A stretch of DNA of 64,000 nucleotides from Paraspadella gotoi (GCA_051294375.1 CM119270.1:9797530-9861529); one strand, 5' to 3'; positions 1-15,100 are shown, counted from the stretch's first letter. A program made the numbers and translations. The notes: generated by a model not told the origin, from the sequence alone.

Positions 1-1139
1 CATTGTATTCATCGTCGTTGTCGTCTTTGTTCAAATCATTGAGCTCCCAAATGTTCGATGTTATTATTTAGAACAAAGTTTGAAGAGAGATTAACAACGA
101 TTTTTATTTCATAGTAGAAACAGACATGTTTTGACTCACATACGAGTCGTATGTGATCAAAACATGTCCGTTTCACTATGAATAAAAATCGTTGTTAAAT
201 CTCTCTTCAAACTTTGTTCCTAATCAAATCACAACGAAACAGAAAGGAAAAAACACGATGTTATATTTTAATTTAATATGTAATTAATTAAATAAGTTAT
301 TTTTTTAAAAATTATAATCATTAATTACAGCTAATGTATCGTGGCCAGATCCGGCATTGTTTGCTCAAACTTGTTTATTAATAATTTGATTTATTTATTT
401 TATATATTTTTTTTTGTTCAGTGCAAGAGGGGAAAAAAAGAAGAAGATAGAGAGAGAGTGTGTGTTAAAGATTTAAGTATGTATAAGCATAATATATGCA
501 ATATTGCCATAAAACAGATCAATCCTTTTGGTTTAAACTTGTTTGTAACATGAAAAACGTTATGATTTAAAAAAAAAGGAGACTTAAAATTAAAGAAATA
601 ATAAAAATATAAGAAATACAATTTTTAGTTTTTAAGAATTAAAAAAGTTTAATTTAAATTTTAATGTAACTTAATTACAGTTTTTTTCAGATAGAAAAAA
701 TCTTTTTTCAGCTCAGATTTTATTTGAATATATTAAAAAGAATAATCTAAATATAAAAATGTAATTTTTTTCATAGATTCTCGACCAAAGAGGAAAGAGA
801 ATAAAAGAAAACAAAAAAATAAAAGAGAATAAGAAAAAGTGAATAAAAAAATTAGGTGCAAACAATTTTAAATGTTGAAAATAAATATTGAAAACAAATT
901 TTTAAAAGAAAAATCAAGAAAGAGCAGGGGGTTGCAAAGATTTTAATACATTAAATACCTTTCATTTCTAACCAATAAAAACAGATGACCAGGAAGCGAA
1001 CACGCAGGGTTATTATAGCTTCCGGGTTCAATCCTTTATTCTCAATTTTTCTATCGCTCCCGGTTTCGGGTTCTTCAAAAATCGGCCGCTTCCACAGTGT
1101 TCGCTTACGCTTTCCGGATCGCGTCCACATCTCTGTACT

Positions 1140-1605
1140 AAACCAATAAATGTTAAAATTTCAAAACAGTTTTTTCTCACATTATTTTGCAGATTCGGAT
1201 TCGTCATAAAAAGTTGATAAAAAGAAATATAACTCTTTTTGAAAAATTCCTTTATTAAGTGGGTCAAAAATTAGAAAAAGCTATATTTTAAGATGAAAAT
1301 TAACTTTTTATATATTAAATATAGCTTTTTTAATTTTTAACCAACCTAATGAAAGAATTTTTAAAAATGATTTATATTTTCTTTTGTCAACTTTTGACGA
1401 GGAATTTAAATCTGCAATCAAAATTAAGAAAAGCCTATTTTGAAATTTTTCGATTTTATAAGGATAGTACTATATATAAATATAGCCTCCTGCGAAAATT
1501 AAAAAACATAAAATTTTTTTTTTTATAAATTAATGTTCACTGATAGTATGTTGTTCATAATTGACTTTTAGAATTTTCGTATGTAACTTTCACTACGCCT
1601 TATTG
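1140..1605. mobile_element. AT-rich foldback MITE family (copies near 5330-5830, 21615-21880, 29640-30095, 58320-58610)
   Basis: Long imperfect internal palindrome, repeated several times in the window. Confidence 0.6.
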
Positions 1606-1888
1606 TACATTGCCAAATGTAATTGTATATATTTCCTCTCTCTCTCTTTATCCCCCTTTCTATCTCTCTCTCTCTCTCACTCTCTCTCTCTCTCTCACCA
1701 AATTTTCATTTCTTTTTCACAACTTATTCAAACTGGCCTTGTTTAAAATCTGTCCTCACCACTGACCACTGTCCTTTCTCAATTATTTGTTGGAAGCTTT
1801 AACCTTGAACTTCTTCTTCACTCTCTCTCTCTCTCTCTCTCTCCCTTTCTTTAACTCACAAAATCTGTTCACTTTTACAACTGTAAAA

Positions 1889-1932
1889 AGCGCTGATGAA
1901 GGCTCGAATTTATGAGCCGAAACAGGTCTGCT
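1889..1932 (+). ncRNA. Minimal type I hammerhead ribozyme (Penelope-type)
   Basis: CTGATGA, stem II GGCTC/GAGCC, GAAAC-AG-GTC, stem I AGCG/TGCT. Confidence 0.75.
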
Positions 1933-2154
1933 AAGATACAAAATAAAATCGTTGTACAAATTAAATCAAAACTTTATTATTCTCTCAAAAACAACGAAAG
2001 AAAGGATTATACCATGAATACAATCAATACAGAAAAACAAATGAAAAGTGAGATCGAATTTACATTTTTTCCAAAATTATCGAAAAAACTTTTACCACCC
2101 TTGACCACGCCCACCCAAGGCAATGTCCACCCTCCATCGATCACGACCTCTCAC

Positions 2155-2270
2155 CTTGATCTCTTTCTCGAATGGACGAATAAAAGGTGATCCTCGCATC
2201 GTCTGAGTTTTCACAATTTGATCGTCAAGTGTCGTTTGGATGTCGTCGACAGAGGCGAGGATGGCGACGC
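2155..2270 (-). CDS. DNAH12: DNAH12-like exon ([12 protein letters not shown]...FEKEIK)
   Basis: ccaag|GC, AAG|gtgaga; follows a 63-nt intron. Confidence 0.93.
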
Positions 2271-5200
2271 CTTGGGGGTGGTAGGATAGAGTTTGAGAGA
2301 GACAGAGACAAAGAGAGAGACAGAGAGGCCTACCTGTGTCTCGATACATTGTCGTAACAAATGATATTCCGTCCCAATCCTCTATCATCTTTTGCATCGC
2401 TTTTTCCAGCGAAAATTCCTGTGAAAACAGATTTGTTTTTCTTCTTTTTAATTTGTAGAGAAACTTTATAGACATATAGAAAAATGCCATATTATTATTA
2501 TTTTCCAAAATTCTTTTAATGTCCAAGCTAACAACATAAAGTATTGAGAGATGGAATTGGGTTTGAGCCAAAACGCAATGTGAAGAGGTGAAGAAGTTGA
2601 CCTCCTCGGTCGAAAATTCATCGGAGACTTGAAACGCAAAGGGTCTTTCACTATCCCATTTACTTTCATGAGTTCCTCCTTTTCTTATATTTTGTTTAAA
2701 CCGAATAAAAAATTCAAAAGGATTTTTTTTTCTCTTTCTACCCACAAGTATTTCATGGAATTGGATTTGGCGTAGGTATTTCATCATAACCAAGTATGGC
2801 ATATTCAACGATGCGGAGACAAAAGCAATCACTAGAAAAAAAATCTTAAAAGTATAAGGATCTCGCCAAGGTATAGTATCAAAGAAAATTAATGAAAAAG
2901 TACTATAATCTAATTTGCATATTGCATAATGAAGTGGAAATTCAAACAAAAAATACTTGAATCGATATGAAACAAAGAAAATGGTTCTAGTTGGTTGGCG
3001 ACTTCGCCATGGCGATATCGCCAGGGCTTTGGCGATGTCGCCAGTACCCCCACTGGCGACCTTGACAGTGATAAAAATAGCGAATATAATGAAAAGCGCA
3101 GCTAACACGGGGATGAACATCACCTACGGGCTCCTCTCCCAACCCTAACACTAAGCCAGACCTCCCCTTCAACTCTTGTGCCTCTCCCCTAACCCGGGCC
3201 TCGGCCTCCCGTACATCTCCGTGCCTCAACCCTGACCCTAACCGCATTCGATGCATCAACCACGGGCCCCTCCCCCAACCCTAACCCTAAACCGACCCTC
3301 ACGTTCAACTCTGTTCCTCTCCCCTAACCCTAACCCGGGCTTGGGCCTCCCGTACATCTCTGTACCTCAACCCTAACCCTAATCGCCTAAGATATATAAC
3401 CCACGGGCCTCTCTCCCAACCCTAACCCTAAATCGGGCCCAGGCCTCCCTTACATCTTCGTGCCTCAACCCTAATGTCCCTCGCCAGTACCTTCACTAAG
3501 CCTAACCCTAACGCGGGCCTCCTGGTCATCAACAACACCCTCCCTACCCCTATCCCTAAAATTGACATTAATATTAGGCCTAAAATAAACTTAACTTAAC
3601 TTAACTCAACCCTAACCCTAACTAGTACCAACTCAACCAAAAAATTTAGGGGTGAACTTAGGCAAATATTTTTTCTTAACTAGGTAATAGACAAATTTTT
3701 GGTTTACTTAGTAGTTAACTGAATAAAAGTTGGCAATTTTTAATTGAAGAAAGGATCTTTAAAACTAAGATATAACTGATAACTTATGATCTAATTTGCT
3801 AAGATTTAAAAGGGAAATGTTATCTTTAATAATTTGAAGCCAAATGATATTAAATTAAATATTGTAGTCTAATTGTATTCTATTGTAGTCTAATCTTATA
3901 TTGTATAGATGCTCCCTCTATTTCCAGAAGACAACACTGACCTCCCCCTCCCAAAATGAGTTATTAGATATAATAAGCAAATAATATTTTTAAAAAGTAA
4001 TATATATATAATTAATAATATAGTTTAAATAGTAAAACATTCATAAAATATAAAAATATAAAATAGTGAAACAAGTAATTTTGCAAATTTTCAAATAAAA
4101 TTAAAAAAATAACAAAATAGAATATTTTTTGTATTAATTTAACAAAATCTTTATTCCAATATAAAACTTTAATTTGCTCAACATTGAAATTCAATTAGTT
4201 TTAGCCCAAATATTTTTAATGAACGATATAAATAATTTTATTAAAAAAAATTAATAGCTAAAAATATGTTTGGTATTTGGTGACAGGGGTTGGAGTCTAT
4301 TATATAGTTGTTTTTAATTAAGATAAACATTTTTCAGTATGTTCCAGAATATCATTTTTTATATTGAGTTAGAATCTTTGTTAAAGATAAAAAAATATAA
4401 GGATAATTTTTTAAAATTTTTTTTATTTGAAAATCATATCTATAGGATATTTAATTTCCATATATTTTTAATATAATCAGCTAGGGAGGTATTGAATAAT
4501 CCACATCATATTCTGCAAAGAAGAGCTTTGACATTCTAAATAAGATACAAAACATTTTTGGGCGACTTAAGTTTTGTGTACATTTTTACATCATCTTTGA
4601 TCGAGGTTTTAATCTTGTCAATCATATCAGGATACAACTGAATATGTTACTTTATGTTTCTTTATTATCTGTTAATTTTTTTATTTATCAATGAATTAAT
4701 CTTCTTTAATAATTTAATTGGTTCTGGGTCTGGTAGTAGCCAAGTAGTTTACATACTTATTAATTAATACTGATAGTCATATTTCATGCCATATGAGAAA
4801 AATATTTTTGGGCTTAAAATATAGTATTAACAAATTACAAATATAGTTGATAAATGATAACGAAATTAAAACAATAAAAGAAAATATAATGTTTTATTTA
4901 TCTTTAAAAATAAATATAAGCAAAATATTTTGATTCAGAAATTGCCTATCTTAATTAAGAAAAATCATTTCTTTACCAAGGCAATTTCAGTAACACTTTG
5001 CTCAGTTAATCAGGCAAAATATTACCTAAGTTCACCCCTTAACCCTAACCCTAAACCAACTCAACCTTAACCCTAAACCATCTCAACCCTAACCCTAACC
5101 CTAATCTGAGTTTAGTTTAGGTGAAATCGCCATAACTAGAACGCTAGATGTAGTTTAGTACAAAATCGCCAAATTGCGACTTAGCCATGACGCTCTCGCC

Positions 5201-6962
5201 ATTTGGCGATTTAGCTGTGAACTACATCTAGCGTTCTGGTTATGGCGATTTCGCCTAAACTAAACGCAGATTAGGGTTATGGTTAGGGTTGAGATGGTTT
5301 AGGGTTAGGGTTGAGTTGGTTTAGGGTAGTAAAAATTCTAAATTTAACTTTAATTAAAATTTAAAAGTGGAGGAACGAAAAAAATTATTTTACTAATGAA
5401 CATTTATGTAATAAAAAAATTTCTAATAATTTTACAAATTACGCAGTAGAGCCGATATTTATACTAGACTAAAATCCAATAATGTTAAAATTTAAAAACA
5501 TTTTTTCTAGATTTTTTGCAGATTTGGATTCGTCATATAAAGTTGGTAAAAGAATATAAACTCTTTAAAATCTTTATTAAGTGGGTCAAAAATTAGAATA
5601 AGCTATATTTTTAAGCTAAAATTAACTTATTATATATTATTAAATATAGGTTTTATATTTTAACCCAACTTATATGGTAAAGAATTTTTTAAAAATGATT
5701 TATATTTCTTTTCTATCAATTTTGACCGAGGAATTCAAATCTGCAATCAAAAATTAAGAAAAGCCTATTTTTGAAATTTTTCGGATTTTATATTATATAT
5801 TTTATATATTACTATATATAAAATGGCAGGTGATTCTATTCGGGTATTTTCAACAATAAAATTGAAACTATATATAACTATTATTTTTTTTATTCCACTG
5901 ATTAATATAAAACACGCTTTATTTAAAAAAACGGTTGGCTATAGTTATTTTCTCCTTATAACATCGAACTTCACTGGGTGAATTTCTATGCTTTCAAAAT
6001 ACGGTAAGACAGTAATTTCTTTTACCTTAAGATGAAACTAAAGCGATTTTTTAAGGTAAGGCAACTTTTAAAGATTAAATTGCTCGTCAGATCTATTGCG
6101 TTTTTTAGATATACTACAGCTTAGGCAAAAAAAACGAGCGCCGCGAGCTCCTCCCAACCCATAGGATTCGGGTCGTCCCCTGCTGATTCACAAGGAGAAC
6201 AAATGGTGAACTCCTCTCGGCATCGTCTTCTACATTGGTGAGCCCACAATATATATATATTTATTATATATATAAAATTAAAAAAAAAGAGAGAGAGAGA
6301 GAGACAAGAGAGAGAGAAAAAGAAGCAGGACAGACCGCTGCAGAGCCAGAACTCGTTTTTAGACAAATCAGAAGAGCAGTGACTGAGTAGATATCGCTCC
6401 CCGCTGAGAAAAAGAGAGAGAGGGAGAGAGCGACATATAATTAAAAGAAAGAGAGAGAGAAAGTGACGTATAATGAAAAGATTTTTGTTTTGTAAATAAA
6501 ACAAACAAATACGAATATTGATATGAAACATGACAATTTTAAAGATCTTGATGATTAGAAGCCATATATAAATTTTCAACTACCTATGATATCACACTTT
6601 CAGAAGCCATGATTGCAAAAAAGCGTGACGCCGACGACGACGACGTCACAAAGAAGGAACCCTGAATGGTAATGGTAATTCGATAAAAATATCGAATTCG
6701 TGGGCCAAAAGTTGTCATGTTGCAAGAAATGATTCCAATGAAACCAATTCGTCTTGACTCGAGGACAGCAGTCAAGGTTGGACGCAAGGATGTATTTCTT
6801 CGTCTCTTAAATCGAAAAGGAATTCTCCGCAGTGGGAGGGACGCAATGGCGGGCCGGGGGTTCATAGGCGGTACCGCCATCCTGACGGCAGTGAGCGCGA
6901 TACGGGGGAAATTCCTGTCGTTGGTTCCGTCGCTCGAGACCGTAGAACCGGAAAGGTCACGA

Positions 6963-7059
<97 letters not shown>

Positions 7060-8204
7060 GGTCAAAGGTTTCGGATAAATACGACTGGGAAAAAGATTCG
7101 GGGAGAAAAAGGAGGAATAGGGAAGTGGGTAAAGTGAAAGGAGAAGAGAAAGAAGAAGGAAAAGGAAGGAAATCGACAAAAAAAGGAAAGAAGCAACATA
7201 ATTTGAAAGAGACCGAGTCGCATCTGGAAGGCAGCCAAAGGTTTGGGGGTTGAACCGTCGGATCAGAGGAAATAAGTTAAATGCAATTTGATATCGAATT
7301 AAACAATCAAGATAGGTAGTAAGCAATGAAAAATAAACAATAAGTTAAGAATTTGATGGTAATTTGAAAGTAACTTGAAAACGAATCTCATTTCCTCTCT
7401 TCTTTCCCTGCCAACGCTTTCCAGAAGCCTCCTCTCATGACCTCTCTGATTGATCAATAAGATGAGAAGAAGTAAACTCCAAAAAAGGTAGGCTATTGGT
7501 CTTTCAGATTCATCTAAGATGATAAACAGACGCGTCCTCAAATAAAGTAATAAAAACAAACTCGAAATGCATTTTACATCCGCGTCCAGAAAATCGTGTC
7601 CTTCGCCAGAGGCCCCCTCAGTTTCTCACTTCAAACAGAAGAGCAACGGAAAAGGCTTAACCAGGACGTGGATGAGGGAAAAGGAAGGACGACGTCGGCA
7701 AATGCTCGATAAATATTGAGGGGATGGGGAAAGGGGGAAAGGAGAAAGAGGAAAGGGAAAAGGGAAATCGGAGAATAAAGAGGAACAGAACAGACGAAGA
7801 GACGGAATGAGAAAAAGCTATAAAATAAAATGATTGTCATGTGATTCGCAAGGGGGAGAAAGTAAGGCCAGGTTTTCCATTTTAAATCAAACAAGTCAGA
7901 AATAAGAGTACCCAACTCGTACCCAGCCTGAAGTAATAAATGAAAAAAATAAAATGTTCGTTATAAAGTTAAGGAAGAGTTAAAAAGGGGAAATTATGAT
8001 TCATAAGGGTAGACATTGTGTTAAATCCTTTCTTTTGTTGTGTTTTGATTAATAGAAAGAGTTTGAATTTTGAAATGTTTGTTTACAACAACGATTGTTT
8101 TTATTTCATTTAGAAATGTACATGTTTCGGCTCTTGATTTCGAGCCTTCATCAGCGTTAAAAGGTTTAAATTTTTATTCTACATTTTTGTGCAAAAGAAA
8201 GGAG

Positions 8205-8299
<95 letters not shown>

Positions 8300-10273
8300 A
8301 AAGAGAGTCCCTTACCAGAAGAGCAAAACTGATTCCGTCGACCCCCGAGCTTCAGGCCGCTGAGCCGTCAAAAGAGCCTTGGCGATCAATAGTTACTCAT
8401 TGTGGGCCTTCGAGAAGGCTAGGTATCGGCCGCGTCTGGCTGAGGGCAGTGGCCACCCAGGGGCTGCCAAGTAGCCGCTAACGCAGACTCCACCTCCGCC
8501 CCCCAGGAGGTAGGAAGGAAGCTTGCTGCTGAAGAGCTGACTGCACCCACCACAGCGCATCCAGATGAAAAGCAGAAGCAACCTAGGAACGTGGGTCACC
8601 TGTCCCTTCCCTACCACCAGGGGATCACTGAGTCATTGGTGCGGTTGGTAGCAAAGCAGGGGATCTCCACCTCAGTGACGGCCCGCGGCTCCCTATGTGA
8701 GCATCTGGTGAAACCGAAAGATAAAATCCCCAGACCAAAAACATCAGGAGACGTCTACTGGGCGGCCTGTGCAGGGGCGGGCAACCAATCCTGTGCAGCA
8801 GCATATATGGGCAAGAAAGGCAAGTCCCTCACAAACTGTTTCCAACAGCACACAATACCATATCCTGATGCCCATGGACACTACCTGTCCTCAGTCGCTG
8901 GCCACTTAATCAGAGAGTCAGACTGTCTCATGCTGTCCCATGACCCAAACTAGTTCTCAAGAGGTATTAGAGAGGCAATCTACATCAAAGCCCTCGAGCC
9001 CTATTTGAATCGTGATGGAGGACGATTCGACCTCCCTTCAAGCTATGATTCGCTTATTAAAAGCAATGGGCAGGCGATGCCCCTCCCTCAACTGTAGCAA
9101 CTCAATCCCTCTCTCTGGGTAATGAGCGTCGCCCAAAACAACGGCTACAGGAGAAGGGAGAGGAGTCCACCACTCCTGTCGCTAAAGCAGCAAGAATGGA
9201 CAACCGCCCACCTCGCCAGTAGGCGAGAAGAGGGCAGTCGGCAGGTGTAACAGGCCAGAGAGACATTCGAGTTGCACTAGGCCTCTTCCCTCAAGGAAGT
9301 CTCCCCAGTGCAGCATTGACCAGCTCATCCGAATTGTCATCTCAACCAATGACCCGGCCTCATCGCTCAAGCCTTTAATTTGCAAAAACCAAGGGGAGCC
9401 TGCTAATTTTGAGATCTATCTTAATACTTTTATGTCACTTATATCACTTAACTATCCCTCAGCAAATGTATCTTTTCACATTTAAAAACTTTATTTCTTT
9501 TCAAACTATTACTATTATTAGTCGGATCTGCTTATAAGCAGATCCCGACTCTTTAATTCACTTTGTCGGTCCGTCGATCCGCCCCTCAATCTGGTCGGAA
9601 ATTAACTTATTTCATGTCAGAACATCGAATTATGATAAAAAATAGAAAAAAAATGTTGTCTGTCCGTCCATCTGTCCGTCTGTCCGTCCGTCCGATTGGA
9701 ATGAAATTTTGTGTGTGGTTAGGGAAGTGTGTGATTGAGCTGGATATGAAGTTTCGATGGAATCATCCCAGTGGAAATGAGTTTAAATGGAAAAAACAAA
9801 AAAATATATTTCAATATTTGAACACCAATTACTTATGAGTGGATGGGACAATTGACCTGAAATTTTGTTTGCAGGTAGGAAAGTGTGTGATTAAGTTGGA
9901 AATCAAGTTTCGATGGAATCCTTTGAGTGGAAAAATGGAAAAATGGAAAAAAACAAAAAACCTGTTTCACTAATTGATTATGCTTCTTTTTCTTTTTATA
10001 TTAAATATAAATGCAAGATGTATAAATTAATCAAATAATTAATCAGTTAATTAATCAATTAGTCAATTAATTAATCAATTATTAATTAATCAGTCAATTA
10101 ATAAATCAATTATTAATTAATTAATTATTAATTATTTAATTACCGATAATGATCGTGGGCAGATCCGACATTGTTTGTTCAAACTTGTTTATTTATTTAT
10201 TAACTGTTAAATCACTATTATTTAGTCTAAAAAAAATTTCTTGTTGTACAATGCACAATGTATTACTTTGCCC

Positions 10274-10311
<38 letters not shown>

Positions 10312-10417
10312 TCTCTCCTCTCTCTTCCCTCTTTTTTCACCTTAAATCTGTCCTCAACTTTCAACCACTGTCTCTGTGTTGGAAAACTTTGGATTCTCTT
10401 TAATTCTCTCTCTTCTC

Positions 10418-10497
<80 letters not shown>

Positions 10498-12006
10498 TCC
10501 CTTAAACCTGTTTAAGCTGATGAAGGCTCGAAATCAAGAGCCGAAAAATGTACGTTTCTAAATGAAATAAAAACAATCGTTGTTGTAGACAAACATTTCA
10601 AAATTCAAACGCTTTCTATAATTCATAAGGGGAAGAAAGGAAAGTCGAAGGTTAGCTAAGGATAAAAGTAGAAGAAGATGGACAATGAAAAAGATGTTGG
10701 AAGAGCCAATGAGAAAGAGCAAACAACTCGCCATTATCTAATATCCATGCGTCCAGCCTTAATTATTTTTTATCGGGGTTCTCACTTTTTTCCCAACCTA
10801 TGACAGCGGTGCCTTTCTAATATCCACGCCTCTCTTCTCCCTAACCTTACCCCCGCCTCACCTTGGTGGCGGCGGCGGAGATGACGTCGAACTGATCCAT
10901 GTAGGGCGCGAGGCGAAGCTTGAGAAGTTTGCGCAGCGTCGTCCCGGAGTCTGGCGTGAGGTCGAAATTTGCGATGTCCGACATCTGCTTCCAATGGCGA
11001 GCGCGGATGCCGGGGTTGCACAAGCAGCCGATCACGGGGATGTGTTCCTTTTTTAAGAAGAGAAGGGATGGGAGGGGGGGTTAGAGGAAGGATGGTTGAT
11101 CGACAGAAAATTAGTAGGACATTACGGAAAAAAAAGCAAAAAAAAAAAATAGTAAGAGTTATTACAAAATTATAAAAAAAGGTACAAGAAAGCTTATTAT
11201 AATAAAGTAGAATAAAAGTAAATATAACAATGAGGTTTAAAACCCATTCAACCCCCCGAGCCAGTCGCCCCCTTCCAACCTTAAACTGCTTGATGGCCTC
11301 CTGGATGATGTTGCACACCCTCAGTTTTGGCGGGAGATCCTCGAAGGGGATCTCCTCGATGGGCACGAGCCGCTTCCCGGGCGGCAGCCGCGACGCCTCC
11401 TCCGCCCTATGCTTCTTCAGTTGATTCTGGAAGACTTTGGTGATCTTGTAGATTTCCCGCCAAAACTCGTCAACGTCCGTTTCGATTGATTCGGAGTTAA
11501 GTTCGAGGAAAGACCCGTCCATCCATCTGACAGGGCGCCGAGCGGTTTGGTTATTGGGAGAACCTTTTCTCTTTTCTTTGTTTAAACACACATTAAACCT
11601 CAATTTTTTTAAAACTTAATCTAATCCCTAACCCTAATCTTTAACCCTGACCTAATCCCTAATCCTAATCCCTAATTCCAATCTAAAATCCTTAACCCTA
11701 ATCTCTTAACAAATATTTAACATAATCTTTAACTTAATCTTTAACTCTAATTCCGAACCTAATTTTTAATCTTAAATTCAATTTTAATAATGAATTTAAG
11801 CTGAAATGGGCCGCTTTCGGAAAAGACGGCCGAACAGTCTTACTTTTTTTCCGCCCTCTGCCATCTCAGCACCAGCGTGAACATCTTGTGAAAGGGGTCC
11901 AATTGAGCCGTGATCTCGTCCATTTCGGGATAAACGGTGGGAGCCAGTCGGAACAGATTCTCCTCTTTGTTGATCCAGTTAATCGTGTCCTGTGTGGGAG
12001 GGAGGG

Positions 12007-12105
<99 letters not shown>

Positions 12106-15100
12106 GAGAAGCTATGCATGAATTACAACTTAGCAGCTCCAACGGAATTAACAACAAAAACAACGATTGATTTATGTAACAATGTCAAAAAAGTCACCAA
12201 AGAGAGAGAAGCGTAGGAAAATCACCGGAACGATTCGATATAACGCAAAAAGTTAATAACGCGGAATGCAGATTGGCGCGACGCCACGTTGTATCCTAGT
12301 CCGACTGCCACCAAACGAAGCACAAAAACAACATTAACACTTATAATGTAAAATAAAAGAAAAAAAATAAGAAGTGAAAAAAGTAAAAAAAAGTAAAAAC
12401 TCAATGTCAAAGAAAAAAAAAATTTCGGGGACCAAAATTTCAACGATTTCAATCAAGTCATTTCAATTCTCATCGTCGTCATTGCTTTTGTCGTGGTTTG
12501 TGACTAGAGTTTCGTTAACCGTTAATTTTTCAGGAAATTCGCTTAACCGTTAAAACTAACATTTTAATTTTATAATTCAACTTTATATTTAAAATACTAA
12601 TATTTAAAACAAACACATTATAGTTAGTAAAAGAAAAATTGGTTTGAGCAAACTATCTTGAAATTACCCATGATAATTAAGCTTATCAGCTAATCTTGCA
12701 TACAAGTTTTTTCTATTGCCTTAAGCATAATACAAATATAAAAAAGTACAACTTAATTCTAATTTTATATTAAGTTTTCTCGTTCTCTCTTTCTCTTTCT
12801 CTCTTTCGCTTTCTCGTTCTCTATTTATTTTTCTAGTTGTTAGTCTTTCATAAACCATGACCATAATTATAAATAAAAAATATGAATATTAGTTTATTGA
12901 TTGAATGGTTTATTGATTGAGCTATTGATCAAAAGATTTAATGATTAATAAATATTTTTTTCCGTTTTATTAAAAAGTATATCATCATTGAAGGATATTT
13001 TTAGTTAGCCTTAATGTCTTTTTAAAGATTCCCTCCTTCTATTGTTAATTCTTAAATTTTTATAATAATTTTTTTATTAATTTTTTTCATTCATTCGGTT
13101 TTATTTAATTTGCTTTGTTCGTTCTAAAGAGGGAAAGAAAAAGAGAGATAAAGAAGATTTATTTATTTTGTTAACAACAAAATAGAATAAAAAGTTTTTC
13201 ATGTAAGAATTTAATTTGTAAGAAAATGTATGTATTTGATGTATTTGATGTATTTTATTTACAAAAGGTAAATAAGATCGACGGATTACGACGAGAGTTT
13301 ATGTCCAACATATTTGCATATATATTCTGGGAAGATGGGTATCTAGCTAAAGGTAGGTTCTCACTAGTCTCTCATCAGGGACAAAGAGGTAAGAAGGGTA
13401 AGGAATATATTGGTAATAGGTAAGTAGCTATAACAAAGGAACAAGGGTACATAAAAGGGAGAAAAGGGAAAGGGAAGGTTTGCAGACCCCGAGACCGAGA
13501 GGAGAAGTTGAGAGAGTCTGTCCGATCTCCAAGACTCTATCCGTGACTCCGGGGATGAAGAGGAGGGGACGATAGGGGAGGAGGAGGCGTTGAGAGGGGG
13601 AAGAGAAGGCCCCGGGGAGAGAGAGGTTCTGGCGGTAGGGTGAGCCTCTATCTTGATATTATATTTCAAAATATTATTGATGTAAATGCATTGTGTTATG
13701 TAATCCTTTCTTTCGTTGTGATTAGAGATTAGAGAGAGTTTGAAATAATTGGCACAATTTATTTTCAAGATGAAAACGTACATGTTTCGGCTTTTTTACA
13801 AGCCTTCTTCAGCGTCAATTTAGTTTGTGAAATTATTAGAGAGATTTTGTGTAGAAGATGGGGAGAGAGAGAGAGACATACATACAATTAAAATAATCCG
13901 CGCAATTGCCGGACATATAGCAGGTATATGTGACATTGCTTGCATTATAAGTTATTCTTCCCTTTTTCTAAGATGAATCCACGAAAATCTCGGATGTAAA
14001 TTTGGATTTGTATTGAAAAGAAAAATAAATGGCGATAATAAAAGTTTTTAGAAGAAAAAAATAATAGAATTTTTCAAAAAACGAACGATCCGTACATAGA
14101 GAGAGAGACAGAAAGACAGAGAGAGAGACAGAGACAGAAAGACAGAGAGAGAGAGAAGAGAGAGAAAGAAAGAAGCTGAACAGACGCTGCAGAGCCGGAA
14201 CTCGTTTACTCGTTTACTCTCGCCTAGTGACGTGGTGAAAAAAAAAGTGACTAAAAATTATTTTTGTAAAAAAAAAAGAGATAGAGAGAGAGAGATAGAG
14301 AGAGAAAGATAGGAGAAGAGAGAGAAGAGAGAGAGAGAGCCGGAACTCGTTTAATCGTTTACTCGTCGCCTAGTGACGGTGGTGAAAAAAAAGTGACTAA
14401 AAAATTATTTTTGTAAAAAAAAAGAGATAGAAGAGAGAGAGAGAGGAGAGAGAGAGACAGATAGAGAGAAGGAGAGCGAGAGAGAGAGAGAGAGAGAGAC
14501 AGATAGAGAGAAGATAGAAAGAGAGAGAGAGAGCCGGAACTCGTTTACACATTTACTCGTCGCCTTGTGACGGTGGTGAAAAAAAAAAGTGAATAATTTT
14601 TTTTTGTAAAAAAAAATAGAGAGAGAGAGAGAGAGAAGAGAGAGAAAGTTTTCCCGCCAACGATAAGCAATATTAGGTCACTCTCGTTTATATCGGCGTG
14701 ATCTCGGTCAAGTTGAATTTTTTTATACACGTAACGTTTCGTAACGTTATTAGGTCATGTTCCTCGACATTGTTTACTCGTTGCCCTGCAACGGCCACGA
14801 AATCCAGGTCAAGTAAGATATTCTTCACATTTTCTAAAAAAAATCCACGAAAATCTCAGATGTAAATTTGGGATTTTGTATTGAGAAAGAAGCGCGGAAT
14901 AAATGGCGATAATAAAATTTTTAGAAGGAAAAAAATAATCAGAATTTTTCAAAAAACGAACGATCAGGCATGAGATCGTACAGAGAGAGAGAGAGAGACA
15001 GAGAGAGACACAGAGAGAAACAGAGAGAAACAGAGAGAGATAAAGCTGGACAGCTGCTGGAAGGCCGCTGTACAGTCACTGCAGATCCTGAACTCGTTGT

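Noticed and set aside
2092-3123. 343-aa ORF as a stand-alone gene
   Set aside because: It is chance read-through of intron and repeat sequence into two in-frame dynein exons.
3125-3625. True telomere
   Set aside because: Degenerate, interstitial, and inside a dynein intron.
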